From NCBI GenBank assembly GCA_027452165.1, contig DAIDGX010000026.1, forward strand, positions 13,769 through 77,768: DNA of 64,000 nt, read 5' to 3'. Within the stretch, counting starts at the first letter, position 1; each line of letters opens with the position of its first letter. The DNA comes from Vulcanimicrobiota bacterium. Lineage in GTDB: Bacteria > Vulcanimicrobiota > Vulcanimicrobiia > Vulcanimicrobiales > Vulcanimicrobiaceae. Under the pieces are notes generated by a model, which was not told where the DNA came from, searched no databases, and was given only the letters and a program-made list of their open reading frames with translations. The translations under genes were made by a program, and so were the position numbers. Shown in pieces: positions 33,182 to 42,040 of the stretch.

Positions 33182-35226
33182 GCGCGCAAGACATCGATGA
33201 TCGCCGCGCGGGTTTTGCGATAGGCGATCTCGTTTGCGGGTACGCGGGCGTGCGCGTGCGCCTGTTTGAGCAACTCGTCAAGCGCGCTTCCCTGAAGCGA
33301 TCGCTCGGCGATAAACATATCGACGATGCTCGACTGACGCGAGAACGCTCCCATGAGATCCGGCCACCGTCCGAGTTCGCCGAGTTGCAGATCCCACAGC
33401 AGGTAACCGGCCATCGCTCCAAGGGCGGTGCGCGGTGCTCGGGTGTCCACGGGATAGCGATAGCGCGCATGCCATGGTATCAATTCGTGCGCCGCCATCG
33501 GCATCGCGATGCCGAACCCTTGACCGCGATCGGCGCCCAAAAGTGCGGCCGCCTCGATGAGCCCCGGGTGCTCGAGTCCTTCCACCGTGACCGGAATCGC
33601 GAGCGCGTGCGCCAAGCGACTCAAATACAGGATGAATTCGAGTGCGCGTTGCGGGTTACGGGCTGCGCCGCGCACCAGTGCCTGATCGATCTTGACGCCA
33701 TCGAAGGGATACTGATCGAGCCGCACGAGCGAGCTGTGCGCCGACCCGAGGTCGTCTTGTTCGACCTCGATGCCAAGTTCGCGCAGATGCGCGATGAAGC
33801 CGTGGTGCTTGGCGATATCGGCGAGATCGCTTGGGGTTTCGAGGATCTCGAGGGTCAAGCGATCCGGTGTGAGCGCGCAGTCGTCGATCGCATCCATCAA
33901 GACGTCGCGGTACCGCGCATCTCCGAGGGCGAGCGCCGGAACGTTTACTGCCGCGCGCGTGCGTAAGCCCGCGCGTTCGAGCGTTTGCAGGTCGGCGCAC
34001 GCACGGTGCAAGACTTGCGAGAAGAGTTCGAGCAGATCCGATTCGCCGAATGCCGGGAGGAAACGGTCGGCCGGAATGAGATCGTCGTCGTCGTCCAGCA
34101 GCCGCGCGAGCGCTTCGATTTTGACGAGCGCGCCATAGCGAAGATCGATCACCGGCTGATACAGTACGGCCACACGTTGCGAATCGAGCAACCGGCGGAA
34201 CGCGGAGCGTTCGTGCAAGGGAATGACCGTGGCATGCATGCGCTGCGCCACCGCGCGGCCGACCACGTGATGGAGGTGACCGAGCAACTTGCTGATACGG
34301 TTGGACGAAAAGAACCCTGGATAGGCGCTATAGAGCGTGAACAGCGCAATCGTTCGTCCCGTCTCATCTCGCAACGGGACCGCCGCGCTCGATCGAAATC
34401 CGAGTTTCGTTCCGACGGGTCGCCAGGGCGCGCTCGCGTGCTCGAGCATCCACGCGTTCGAAACGGTCACCTCGCCGCTACGCCACGCGCGTCCACCCGG
34501 TCCCTGGCCGGCCGGGATGTCGGGATCGATGCTGATCTTGGGGATCTGCCCCTGTTGCATGGCCTCGTAATAGTGTTCCGCCACACCGAATGCGGCTTCG
34601 CATTGCAAGGCTCCCTGCGCATCGGCGCGAGCGAAGAAGCCCGAGATGCCGCCGTCGAGCCGGCCGAGGATCGTGAGCACGCCGCGCACGAGATCGGACA
34701 GATTCGCGGCGCTCTCCGTATGCTCGTCGATCGCGCTGACGGCGGCCGTCACGCTGCGGCCGATCTCGTCGTAACTCGCGAATTGTTCGCGCAGATCGTA
34801 CAGAATGCGCGCGTCGATGATGTGTTGCATGGCTTCGCGGCGCTGCGACGGCGCAAGCGCGTCCGCGAGCATTGCATGGATGCCGCGTTGATAGAGCGCA
34901 AAGGACTCGATGAGCCACATCGGCGATACGCCGACGAAGGCATGCATGCGACCGGCGCGGTGCGCCGCTTCGGCGTGCTGCTCTTGCGTGAGGTCCGGTG
35001 AAACGAGTTCCGCGAGGTATTCGGCCTGTCGTTGCTTGAGGTGCTCGAACTCCTGCTGGCTCAAGCGGGCGATGACCTCACCGACGGGGCTCTCGGCGGC
35101 AAGCTCCGCGTAGAAAGCCTCCGAAAAGCGTTCCGCAAAGGCCGCCGAAGCAGCTTCGATCCCGCGTAGCGCATCGGCCGCGGCGGGGCCGTAGATCGCC
35201 TCGAGGTCCGCGTGTTGGAGCTCCAC
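33160..35226 (-). CDS. Globin-coupled-sensor-like domain + GAF + EAL c-di-GMP phosphodiesterase
   Basis: The start is trimmed to the GTG at 35226 (VELQHADLEAIYG). The 200 aa upstream in the track ORF are Arg-rich and overlap the divergent gene. The N-terminus is sensor-globin-like (AHRAGRMHAFVGVSPMW). A GAF-like middle follows. The EAL domain has QPVIDL...KIEALARL, DDLGS and DGVKID. Confidence 0.75.
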   Translation of the reverse strand: MELQHADLEAIYGPAAADALRGIEAASAAFAERFSEAFYAELAAESPVGEVIARLSQQEFEHLKQRQAEYLAELVSPDLTQEQHAEAAHRAGRMHAFVGVSPMWLIESFALYQRGIHAMLADALAPSQRREAMQHIIDARILYDLREQFASYDEIGRSVTAAVSAIDEHTESAANLSDLVRGVLTILGRLDGGISGFFARADAQGALQCEAAFGVAEHYYEAMQQGQIPKISIDPDIPAGQGPGGRAWRSGEVTVSNAWMLEHASAPWRPVGTKLGFRSSAAVPLRDETGRTIALFTLYSAYPGFFSSNRISKLLGHLHHVVGRAVAQRMHATVIPLHERSAFRRLLDSQRVAVLYQPVIDLRYGALVKIEALARLLDDDDDLIPADRFLPAFGESDLLELFSQVLHRACADLQTLERAGLRTRAAVNVPALALGDARYRDVLMDAIDDCALTPDRLTLEILETPSDLADIAKHHGFIAHLRELGIEVEQDDLGSAHSSLVRLDQYPFDGVKIDQALVRGAARNPQRALEFILYLSRLAHALAIPVTVEGLEHPGLIEAAALLGADRGQGFGIAMPMAAHELIPWHARYRYPVDTRAPRTALGAMAGYLLWDLQLGELGRWPDLMGAFSRQSSIVDMFIAERSLQGSALDELLKQAHAHARVPANEIAYRKTRAAIIDVLRAYALEEA

Positions 35227-35306
35227 CGCCGCACCCTTGGCGCTTCGTGGCGAACCTTCCCACCGTGACGGAAAAGAACGCCGGCTTCGCAAACTGTACG
35301 CACCGC

Positions 35307-36719
35307 ATGGCGATGGAAACGTGGCCGGCCTATGCCGCGCTCGAAAGTGTGCTCGTCGATGTCGATACGCACCTCGATGCGTATCCCGGTGACGTGGATG
35401 CGCACGTGTTGCGGGCGCGTATGCTGCGCGATCTGGCGCGCTATGACGAGGCCTTCGATGCCTACCGCACCGCTGCAAACCTGATGCCGGCGCACGTTGC
35501 CGCCCGCTTGGGCCTTGCCGCGGAGAACCTGCGACGCGGCCGGCGCCGCGAAGCCATGGCGCGTCTCGAGGACGTGCTCGCCGATGTACCCGCGCATCCC
35601 GAGGCGGCGGTACTGCTTGCGCAGTTGCTTGACGTCGAGCACATGGATCGCGCCTACGCGTTGCTCGTTGCCGTGCTTGAGGCAGACCCGGCGCATCGGG
35701 GTGCTCACGAAGTGCTGTGCGCGCTCTTTGCGCAGCTCGGCGACGAGGAAGCCGCGGCGCTGCATCGCGAGCTCGCGTTCGCGGGGCGTGCGTGCGTGGC
35801 GCAGCCCTATCGCGGCCGTGCATGGCCGCGCCGCGCCCTAGCGCTCGTCTCGACCGACGGCGGCAACCTCGAACTCGAGCCGTTGGTTCCGAACGATCGC
35901 TTTGCCGTTACGCGTCTCTACGTCGAGGCCTTCGACGAACGCGACGCGCTGCCGCCCCATGACGTGCTCGTGAACGGGATCGCGGATGCGGACGTGCATC
36001 TCGAGCGGTTCGTCAAAGCCGCGCGCATCTGCGCGCGTAGCGCCGCACCCGTCTTGAATCACCCGGCTCGCGTGGCGCGAACGGGTCGCATCGAGAATGC
36101 GGTGCGTCTGGGCGCGCTCGATCACGTGCGCACGGCGCGTACGGTTCCATTCTCCGCCGATGCGCCGTCCGCGTTTCCGTTTTTGCTTCGTGCGGCAGGC
36201 TTTCATATGGGACGCTACTTCGAGCGCATCGATGATGCATCGCATCTCGAAGGGGTGCTTGCGGCGATGCCGCCGGTGCCGCTGCTTGCAATCGAACTGC
36301 TCGACACGCGTTCCACCGACGGGCTGTTCCGGAAATATCGTACGATCGCCGTGCGCGGCTGCCTCTATCCGCTTCACCTTGCCATCGGCACGTCGTGGCG
36401 CGTGCACTACTTTTCGTCGGCGATGGAGGCGAGCGACGCCTATCGCGACGAGGAGCGTTCGTTCTTGACCGATCCGGTCGCGGTGCTCGGCCCGATCGCG
36501 TGGACTGCTCTGGAGCGCGTTGCAGCCAGCCTCGATCTGGAGTATTGCGGGATCGATTTCGCGCTCGATCGACGCGGTGACATCATCATCTTTGAGGCGA
36601 ACCCCGCGATGACGGTTATCCTGCCCCCCGATGACGACGAACGCTTTGCCTACCGCGTGCCGGCCACGCAAGCGGTTCTGCGTGCGATGCGCGAGCTTGG
36701 GGAGGCACGCTCGGGGTGA
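35307..36719 (+). CDS. TPR-repeat protein with a C-terminal ATP-grasp-like domain
   Basis: N-terminal TPR-like repeats (ARMLRDLARYDEAFDAYRTA..., RGRRREAMARLEDVL...). The C-terminus reads ...YCGIDFALDRRGDIIIFEANPAMTV, as in RimK/glutathione-synthetase-type ligases. The start (ATG 35307 or GTG 35247) is uncertain. Confidence 0.6.
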   Translation: MAMETWPAYAALESVLVDVDTHLDAYPGDVDAHVLRARMLRDLARYDEAFDAYRTAANLMPAHVAARLGLAAENLRRGRRREAMARLEDVLADVPAHPEAAVLLAQLLDVEHMDRAYALLVAVLEADPAHRGAHEVLCALFAQLGDEEAAALHRELAFAGRACVAQPYRGRAWPRRALALVSTDGGNLELEPLVPNDRFAVTRLYVEAFDERDALPPHDVLVNGIADADVHLERFVKAARICARSAAPVLNHPARVARTGRIENAVRLGALDHVRTARTVPFSADAPSAFPFLLRAAGFHMGRYFERIDDASHLEGVLAAMPPVPLLAIELLDTRSTDGLFRKYRTIAVRGCLYPLHLAIGTSWRVHYFSSAMEASDAYRDEERSFLTDPVAVLGPIAWTALERVAASLDLEYCGIDFALDRRGDIIIFEANPAMTVILPPDDDERFAYRVPATQAVLRAMRELGEARSG

Positions 36720-36799
36720 AACTCCGGTTAGAAAGCGCTCGCCTGCGCACGTTGCCGTTGCCTGATGCGTTACCTTTGCGACGAAAGGAGCAACGTACG

Positions 36800-37699
36800 A
36801 TGAGCGCAGTTCGCAACTTCCTCCATGTAATGCTCGCCGCGATGCTGATCGGGCTCGGTCTCGCGCCGGCACGTTCCGATGCCGCGATATTCATCTCGGT
36901 AAACTTTGCCCCGCCGGCGATTCCGGTGTACGCGCAGCCGCCGCCGCCCGCACCGGGCCTGCTGTGGCAGCCTGGCTATTGGGCCTGGAGTGATGAGGGC
37001 AACTACTACTGGGTTCCGGGAACGTGGGTCTATCCGCCGGCTCCGGGGCTCTTGTGGACCCCGGGGTATTGGGGATGGTATGGCGGTGACTACTACTGGC
37101 ATCCCGGCTATTGGGCGCGCACCGTCGGATTTTACGGCGATGTGGATTATGGTTGCGGATACTTCGGCCGCGGCTACGACGGCGGGCGCTGGTTCGGCCG
37201 CGAATTTCGATACAACACGTATGTGACCAACGTGAACACGACGATCGTGCACAACGTGTACGTCGATCGTAACGTGTACGTGAATCGGACCACCGGGCCT
37301 CGCGTTGCATACAATGGCGGCCCTGGGGGCATACATGCATCGCCGACACGCGCCGAACTCTTTGCCGCACGCGAGCACCATGTGACGATGACGCCGTATC
37401 AGCAACGGCACGAGCGTATGGCCGCGCCGCAACGCTCCAACGCGCCGCAACGCTACAGCCCGCCGCAACGCTACAGTCCGCCGCAGCGCTCCAACGCGCC
37501 GCAACGCTACAGCCCGCCGCAACGGCACAACGCGCCGCAACGCTCCAATCCGCCGCAACGCTATAGCCCGCCGCAACGCTATAGCCCGCCGAACCGTCCG
37601 CGTTCGAACGAACAACGGGGTCATGTGCCGCATCCGCGCTCAACACCGTTCGTACGACAGGCGTCGAATCACCCGATGCGTACCCGGAACCCCATGTGA
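36800..37699 (+). CDS. Secreted YXWGXW-repeat protein with a C-terminal PQR[YSH][SN][PA] hexapeptide array
   Basis: ATG at 36800 with AAAGGAG 10 nt upstream. A signal peptide is present. Repeats WQPGYWAW, WVPGTWVYPP, WTPGYWGW and WHPGYWAR. These are followed by ~10 hexapeptide repeats. Confidence 0.75.
   Translation: MSAVRNFLHVMLAAMLIGLGLAPARSDAAIFISVNFAPPAIPVYAQPPPPAPGLLWQPGYWAWSDEGNYYWVPGTWVYPPAPGLLWTPGYWGWYGGDYYWHPGYWARTVGFYGDVDYGCGYFGRGYDGGRWFGREFRYNTYVTNVNTTIVHNVYVDRNVYVNRTTGPRVAYNGGPGGIHASPTRAELFAAREHHVTMTPYQQRHERMAAPQRSNAPQRYSPPQRYSPPQRSNAPQRYSPPQRHNAPQRSNPPQRYSPPQRYSPPNRPRSNEQRGHVPHPRSTPFVRQASNHPMRTRNPM
37424..37603 (+). repeat. In-frame 18-bp tandem repeat (~10 units) encoding APQRSN/PPQRYS hexapeptides
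   Basis: Direct reading: gcgccgcaacgctccaac / gcgccgcaacgctacagc / ccgccgcaacgctacagt and so on. The last unit is degenerate (PPNRPR). Confidence 0.85.
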
Positions 37700-37745
37700 G
37701 CACAAGCCGTCAGGCTCATCGGTAGCCCCGGGTACTCGTCGTGAC

Positions 37746-39452
37746 CTAACTCGTTGAAGCGATCGTGCTCAGGCGTTGCTGCAAGAGCGCGTTCTCTTGC
37801 CGAATGGTGTCGGTTTCGATGGCGGCAATCGAGATCGCGACCGATTCCGCGACCCGCGCAATCGCTTGGTCGATATCGGGCGGCATCTGTTCGTAGCCTT
37901 GCCGCTCTCCGACGGCCACCGCGCCGACGAGACGTCCGCAGAGCATCATCGGGTAGAGCCATGCGCCCGGAAAGGCCGTATTGAGTCCATGCAGTTCTAG
38001 GGTCTGACGGTGGGCGCGTAGCTCGACGTAGGCGAAGTCGTTCTCCTCGATTGCTTCACTGGTTTCCATCCACGTCGAGGCGGCCAGCTCGAGGGTTCCG
38101 GCGTGGGTCAGATAAATCGCGACACCGGTCACAGATCCGCAGCGTTGCAAAATCTCGGCGGTCTCACGCACGAGCGGGCGCTGCTCGGTGTAGAACTGCA
38201 GCGTCGTCGCGAAGCGGCGTAAGGCCGCCTCTTGTTGATGCCTGGTCCGAAAAATCACCGTATCGATCAGCTTGTCCACCCGCGTGTGGATGATGCGCGC
38301 AAGAATGATCACGGCCGTCGCGATCGTGAACTCGACGAGTGCGCCTTCAACGTGCGTTAGCCTCGTGAGGTACTTCTCCGTTACGAACTCAAGTGCTGCA
38401 AAGACGACGAGCAGCAATGCGGATGTCGTAGCATATACGAGCGCACGATTCAAAACGAACGTGATGTCGAAGACGCGGTATCGCAAGATCGCATACGCGA
38501 GCGCGAGCGGGATAACGATCACCGAAATCGACGCATAGAGATACAATGTTATGCCGCCCATCCCGAAGGTATTCCCGAGCATTGCGAGCGCGTAGCCTAC
38601 GCCTCCGATCATGATCCCAACGAAAACGAGACTCACCCGGCCGCGCTCCGCCGGTTTGGCCAAGGCTAGGGAGATGCAGGCAGAAATCAGTAAAAAGGCG
38701 GCTGCGAGAACGAACTGGATTCGGACCAGCCCTCGGGCTATGAGGAGCCCATCGGTCAAAAACCAGATCGCGACGGCGGCATCGACGACACGAATCACCC
38801 GCCTGCGACGCGGAGAATCGTCCGCCCCAAAGCGGATCGCAAACGATGCGAGAAGCATGACCGGTAAGCTCGTGCATAAGGTGCGCATGACGTACGCGAT
38901 GAGCACGAATGGCGCGTCTGGTAGGCTTGCGAAATAGCTGACGAGCCCAGGCCAACTGAGCAGGGCTCCACCGACAAAAAAGATCAGAAAAGCAACTTGG
39001 CTGCTGGGTTTGCGATAGCCCACAAACGCGAGGAGCGATAACGCAAACGCTCCGGTCGTGATCGCCAGAATCTTGTCCCACAGCGGAATCGCATGAAAGA
39101 GCCTCACGGCCGGTGCCTGAATCATGCGAGGCGAGCCCTTGTGAATGACCTCGATGCGAACGTCTCGGCCCTTTTGCGTCATGCCGTTCGCACGAAATCT
39201 TTCTGCGGTCGAGAGTGCCCCTACGTCCAGGATGTCGCCGGGCTCAACCCCGCGCGCGGCAAGGCTTGGACCGACCTGGTCGGCGATGGCGCGGGTGGGT
39301 GAGATCCCCCTCACGGACGCATCGACGAAGTACTGATGGCTGAAGCCGTTTGCCGCGACGAGTCCGGCGAACCATATCGCTGCCAGCAGCGGAAACACGA
39401 GCGATCTCGGCGTAACGCCGACGGTTAATGATTGCGTGTCGTTCGGCGACAT
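37746..39452 (-). CDS. Polytopic membrane protein with a periplasmic PDZ-like segment and a cytoplasmic GAF-like domain (sensor-like, no recognisable output domain)
   Basis: The start is trimmed to the ATG at 39452 (MSPNDTQSL). About 9 TM helices. The C-terminal ~170 aa are GAF-like (...LELAASTW...LCGRLVGAVAVGERQGYEQMPPDIDQAIARVAESVAISI), then a short coiled coil. Confidence 0.6.
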   Translation of the reverse strand: MSPNDTQSLTVGVTPRSLVFPLLAAIWFAGLVAANGFSHQYFVDASVRGISPTRAIADQVGPSLAARGVEPGDILDVGALSTAERFRANGMTQKGRDVRIEVIHKGSPRMIQAPAVRLFHAIPLWDKILAITTGAFALSLLAFVGYRKPSSQVAFLIFFVGGALLSWPGLVSYFASLPDAPFVLIAYVMRTLCTSLPVMLLASFAIRFGADDSPRRRRVIRVVDAAVAIWFLTDGLLIARGLVRIQFVLAAAFLLISACISLALAKPAERGRVSLVFVGIMIGGVGYALAMLGNTFGMGGITLYLYASISVIVIPLALAYAILRYRVFDITFVLNRALVYATTSALLLVVFAALEFVTEKYLTRLTHVEGALVEFTIATAVIILARIIHTRVDKLIDTVIFRTRHQQEAALRRFATTLQFYTEQRPLVRETAEILQRCGSVTGVAIYLTHAGTLELAASTWMETSEAIEENDFAYVELRAHRQTLELHGLNTAFPGAWLYPMMLCGRLVGAVAVGERQGYEQMPPDIDQAIARVAESVAISIAAIETDTIRQENALLQQRLSTIASTS

Positions 39453-39583
39453 GGCAATCCGTTCAGGATGTTGCCCGGCGCCACCTATCATCGTGCGTGT
39501 CTGAAGCGCCGCCGTTCGACGAGCGCCAACGCGACTCGAACGTGCAGGTTCCATTGCTGTGCGCGTTCGAATTATGGGCTCGC

Positions 39584-39670
39584 GGAGAGGTGGCAGAGTG
39601 GTTTAATGCAGCGGTCTTGAAAACCGCAGAACCTTCACGGGTTCCGAGGGTTCGAATCCCTCCCTCTCCT
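39584..39670 (+). tRNA. tRNA-Ser (anticodon UGA)
   Basis: Acceptor stem GGAGAGG/CCTCTCC. D-arm GCAGAGTGGTTTAATGC. Anticodon stem-loop GCGGT-CTTGAAA-ACCGC. Long variable arm AGAACCTTCACGGGTTCCG. T-arm GAGGG-TTCGAAT-CCCTC. Confidence 0.9.
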
Positions 39671-39690
39671 AAAATGCGAGTGCGATCACG

Positions 39691-40557
39691 CTAGGGATTA
39701 CACCAGGTGCACGAGCCGGGCGCAGCGACGCGTTTCTCCGCAGCGCGCTCCTCGTACAGACCGCAGCCCTCGCACGTCCAACGATAGGCGCGCGCCTCGT
39801 TCGTCGGCTCCGCGCATTCCTGACACGGGAGGCCTGCAATCGACTCCCGCACCCAAAACCCGGGGCGGCTGCAACTCGGGCAGCACGAACGCGCGCGACG
39901 AACGGCGTCCTCACAGGCCTGCGCGATCACGCCCAGGCGCGTCGGATTCACATGTGCCCGGAGATCGGATTCGACCCGTACGGCAAGGCCACGCGACCAC
40001 GCGGCGCGCGCCACGGCGTGAATGGCGCCGCGCTCGCGCAGCCCCTTATGGAGTTTCTCGCCGTCGTGCACCACGACTGCGTGGCTGGGTGCGCCGCACT
40101 GCTGCAGCGCATCCTCGAGCGCGCGCTCGTCGCGCGGTTGAAAGGAGCCCACGTGCTGAGCTCCGGCGATGGCACTGCCGACGATCTCGATACCGCTTTG
40201 CGGATCGAAGATTGCCACGCATTCACGGTCGATCGTGACCTGTGGGAAGGCCGGGTCGGGAAAGAAACTGCCTTCGCTTGCGACGATGAGCGCGTCGTAC
40301 GGCGTCGCCTCGATGGCGGCACGAAGTTTCGCGCGCAACGCATCGAGTTGCGAACCCGTGCGTGCGATCTCGCCGGTGAACGTCCCGAAGCGATCGGTAT
40401 CCAGAAGAAGGACCTCGGGAAACGCGCCGAGCTCGTTGCGCAGTGTTGGGTAGAGTACGCGCTCCTTGCCGTGCTTGGTGACGATCACCGCGCGGCGTCT
40501 GAAGAACGGGTTGGCGGGCGCCGCATGTGCGGTGCCCGCCGGCGCCGACGCGATCAC
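39691..40557 (-). CDS. Conserved hypothetical protein with a C-terminal double CxxC zinc-ribbon, translationally coupled to the IDH-family gene
   Basis: The GTG at 40557 overlaps the upstream stop (GTGA). 288 aa: ...VIVTKHGKERVLYP...DTDRFGTFTGE...CCPSC...CQEC...CEGC...CTWC. The rest of the 627-aa track ORF is antisense shadow over the IDH-family gene. Confidence 0.6.
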   Translation of the reverse strand: MIASAPAGTAHAAPANPFFRRRAVIVTKHGKERVLYPTLRNELGAFPEVLLLDTDRFGTFTGEIARTGSQLDALRAKLRAAIEATPYDALIVASEGSFFPDPAFPQVTIDRECVAIFDPQSGIEIVGSAIAGAQHVGSFQPRDERALEDALQQCGAPSHAVVVHDGEKLHKGLRERGAIHAVARAAWSRGLAVRVESDLRAHVNPTRLGVIAQACEDAVRRARSCCPSCSRPGFWVRESIAGLPCQECAEPTNEARAYRWTCEGCGLYEERAAEKRVAAPGSCTWCNP

Positions 40558-42023
40558 TGACCCTGGCCGAGCGAAAAGCCCGGCTTGCCGTCGAAGGTGT
40601 AGAGCCCCTCGGTCTTGATCGCCTCCAAGCCTGCCGATTCGATCGAGGCAAGCAGCTTGACCACCGTAGTTCCGCTCACGGGAGCAGCGCCGGTGAAGCG
40701 GCATCGCCAATGATCGACGCATCGCGTCATCTCGCTTGCCCGCGGCCACACCTGCGTGCCGCGGTTGGTGATCATCGCGAGGTCGAGCCCGCATTCGCGC
40801 GTGGCTGCGAGCAGGCGTTGCGCGAGATCGCTTGCGTTGCCGTCGGTGAAGTCGATGAAAACATCGACACCGATGCGCTCCTTGTGCGCCGCCGGTTTTG
40901 CCGTGGCGTTCGCGATGTGCGCCGTATCGACGGCGGAGGCGAGCGCCGGTGCGCGTAGGTGCCGCGGCGATGAACCGAGGCGCTCGATGATCGCGTCTGC
41001 AAACTCTGCGGTCGAGAGGCAGCGCGCGCTCTGCGTACCGTAGATGTCGCGCGTGTGGAAGCCGTCTTCGATCGTGCGTAGCCAGGCATTCTGCACGCGT
41101 TGTGCCACCTCGCTTTGGCCGATGTGCGCGAGCATCATCACGGCGGCGTTGAGCAGGCCTGAGGGATTCGCGATCCCTGTGCCGGCGATGTCGGGAGCCG
41201 ATCCGTGGATCGCTTCGAACATCGCAAGTCCGTCGCCGATGTTTGCCGATCCCGCCATGCCGACCGAGCCCGCTAGCTCCGCCGCCACATCCGAGAGAAT
41301 ATCGCCGTACAGATTCGGTAGCACGATCACGTCGAAGCGCTCGGGGTTCACCGCGAGTTTCGCGGCGCCGATATCGACGATCAAGTGCTCGCATGCGATC
41401 TCGGGATACTCCGTCGCCACCTCTTCGAAGATCGCATGAAAGAGGCCGTCGGTGATCTTCATGATGTTGTCTTTGGAGAAACAGGTGACGCGTTTGCGCC
41501 CATTCGCACGAGCATATTCGAAGGCATAGCGGATGATGCGTTCGGTTCCGGTGCGCGTGATGAGTTTCAGGCACTGCGTGACGTCGGCGGTCTGCCGGTG
41601 CTCGATTCCGCCGTACACGTCCTCTTCGTTCTCGCGCACGATGACCACGTCCATCGCCGGGTGTAGGGTGTGGACGTAGGGCGCGAGCGCGCGACAGGGG
41701 CGCACGTTCGCGTAGAGACCGAACATTTTGCGGATCGTCACGTTGAGGCTCTTGTAGCCACCCCCTTGCGGGGTCGTAATCGGCGCCTTGAGCAGCACGC
41801 GCGTCTGCGCGAGCGTCGCGAGCGCTGGCTCATCGATACCGCTTGAAACCCCGGCGCGATAGACGCGCTCGCCAATCTCGATCGGTCGCAGGTCGAGCCG
41901 TGCCCCGGCCGCGGCGAGCACCGCGAGCGTCGCCTCCATGATCTCCGGACCGATCCCATCGCCGTGGGCGACGGCGACCGGGGTGGCGATAGAGCCGGCG
42001 GGCAGGCGTTCGGCTGCGATCAT
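40554..42023 (-). CDS. Isocitrate/isopropylmalate dehydrogenase family enzyme, probably NADP-isocitrate dehydrogenase of the ~480-aa type with a C-terminal extension
   Basis: Motifs GDGIGPEIM, LKAPITTP and NLYGDILSDVAAELAGSVGMAGSANIG. The ATG at 42023 is preferred over 42041 because AAGGAGA lies 8 nt upstream of it and a perfect TATAAT lies just beyond. Confidence 0.8.
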   Translation of the reverse strand: MIAAERLPAGSIATPVAVAHGDGIGPEIMEATLAVLAAAGARLDLRPIEIGERVYRAGVSSGIDEPALATLAQTRVLLKAPITTPQGGGYKSLNVTIRKMFGLYANVRPCRALAPYVHTLHPAMDVVIVRENEEDVYGGIEHRQTADVTQCLKLITRTGTERIIRYAFEYARANGRKRVTCFSKDNIMKITDGLFHAIFEEVATEYPEIACEHLIVDIGAAKLAVNPERFDVIVLPNLYGDILSDVAAELAGSVGMAGSANIGDGLAMFEAIHGSAPDIAGTGIANPSGLLNAAVMMLAHIGQSEVAQRVQNAWLRTIEDGFHTRDIYGTQSARCLSTAEFADAIIERLGSSPRHLRAPALASAVDTAHIANATAKPAAHKERIGVDVFIDFTDGNASDLAQRLLAATRECGLDLAMITNRGTQVWPRASEMTRCVDHWRCRFTGAAPVSGTTVVKLLASIESAGLEAIKTEGLYTFDGKPGFSLGQGQ

Positions 42024-42040
42024 GAATGATTCTCCTTGCA

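Noticed and set aside
35227-35823. N-terminal ~200-aa Arg/Pro-rich extension of the 887-aa EAL ORF.
   Set aside because: The composition is implausible (strings of R, A and P). It overlaps the divergent TPR gene. A GTG at 35226, just before the first globin-like helix, gives a sensible protein.
37424-37603. A regular 18-bp tandem repeat, considered as a possible CRISPR-like or non-coding satellite array.
   Set aside because: There are no spacers: the units are directly adjacent. The repeat is in frame inside a signal-peptide-bearing ORF and encodes PQRYSP-type hexapeptides. It is a coding low-complexity repeat, not a CRISPR array.
39555-39700. tRNA-Ser considered as a possible integration hotspot for a genomic island or prophage.
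   Set aside because: There is no integrase, no direct repeat of the tRNA 3' end and no compositional break that I can see. The flanking genes are ordinary chromosomal genes.
40558-41574. N-terminal ~340 aa of the 627-aa track ORF 39691-41574.
   Set aside because: This part is Arg-rich nonsense antisense to the IDH-family gene. Only the last 288 codons, starting from the GTG at 40557 (GTGA-coupled to the upstream stop), look like a real protein.
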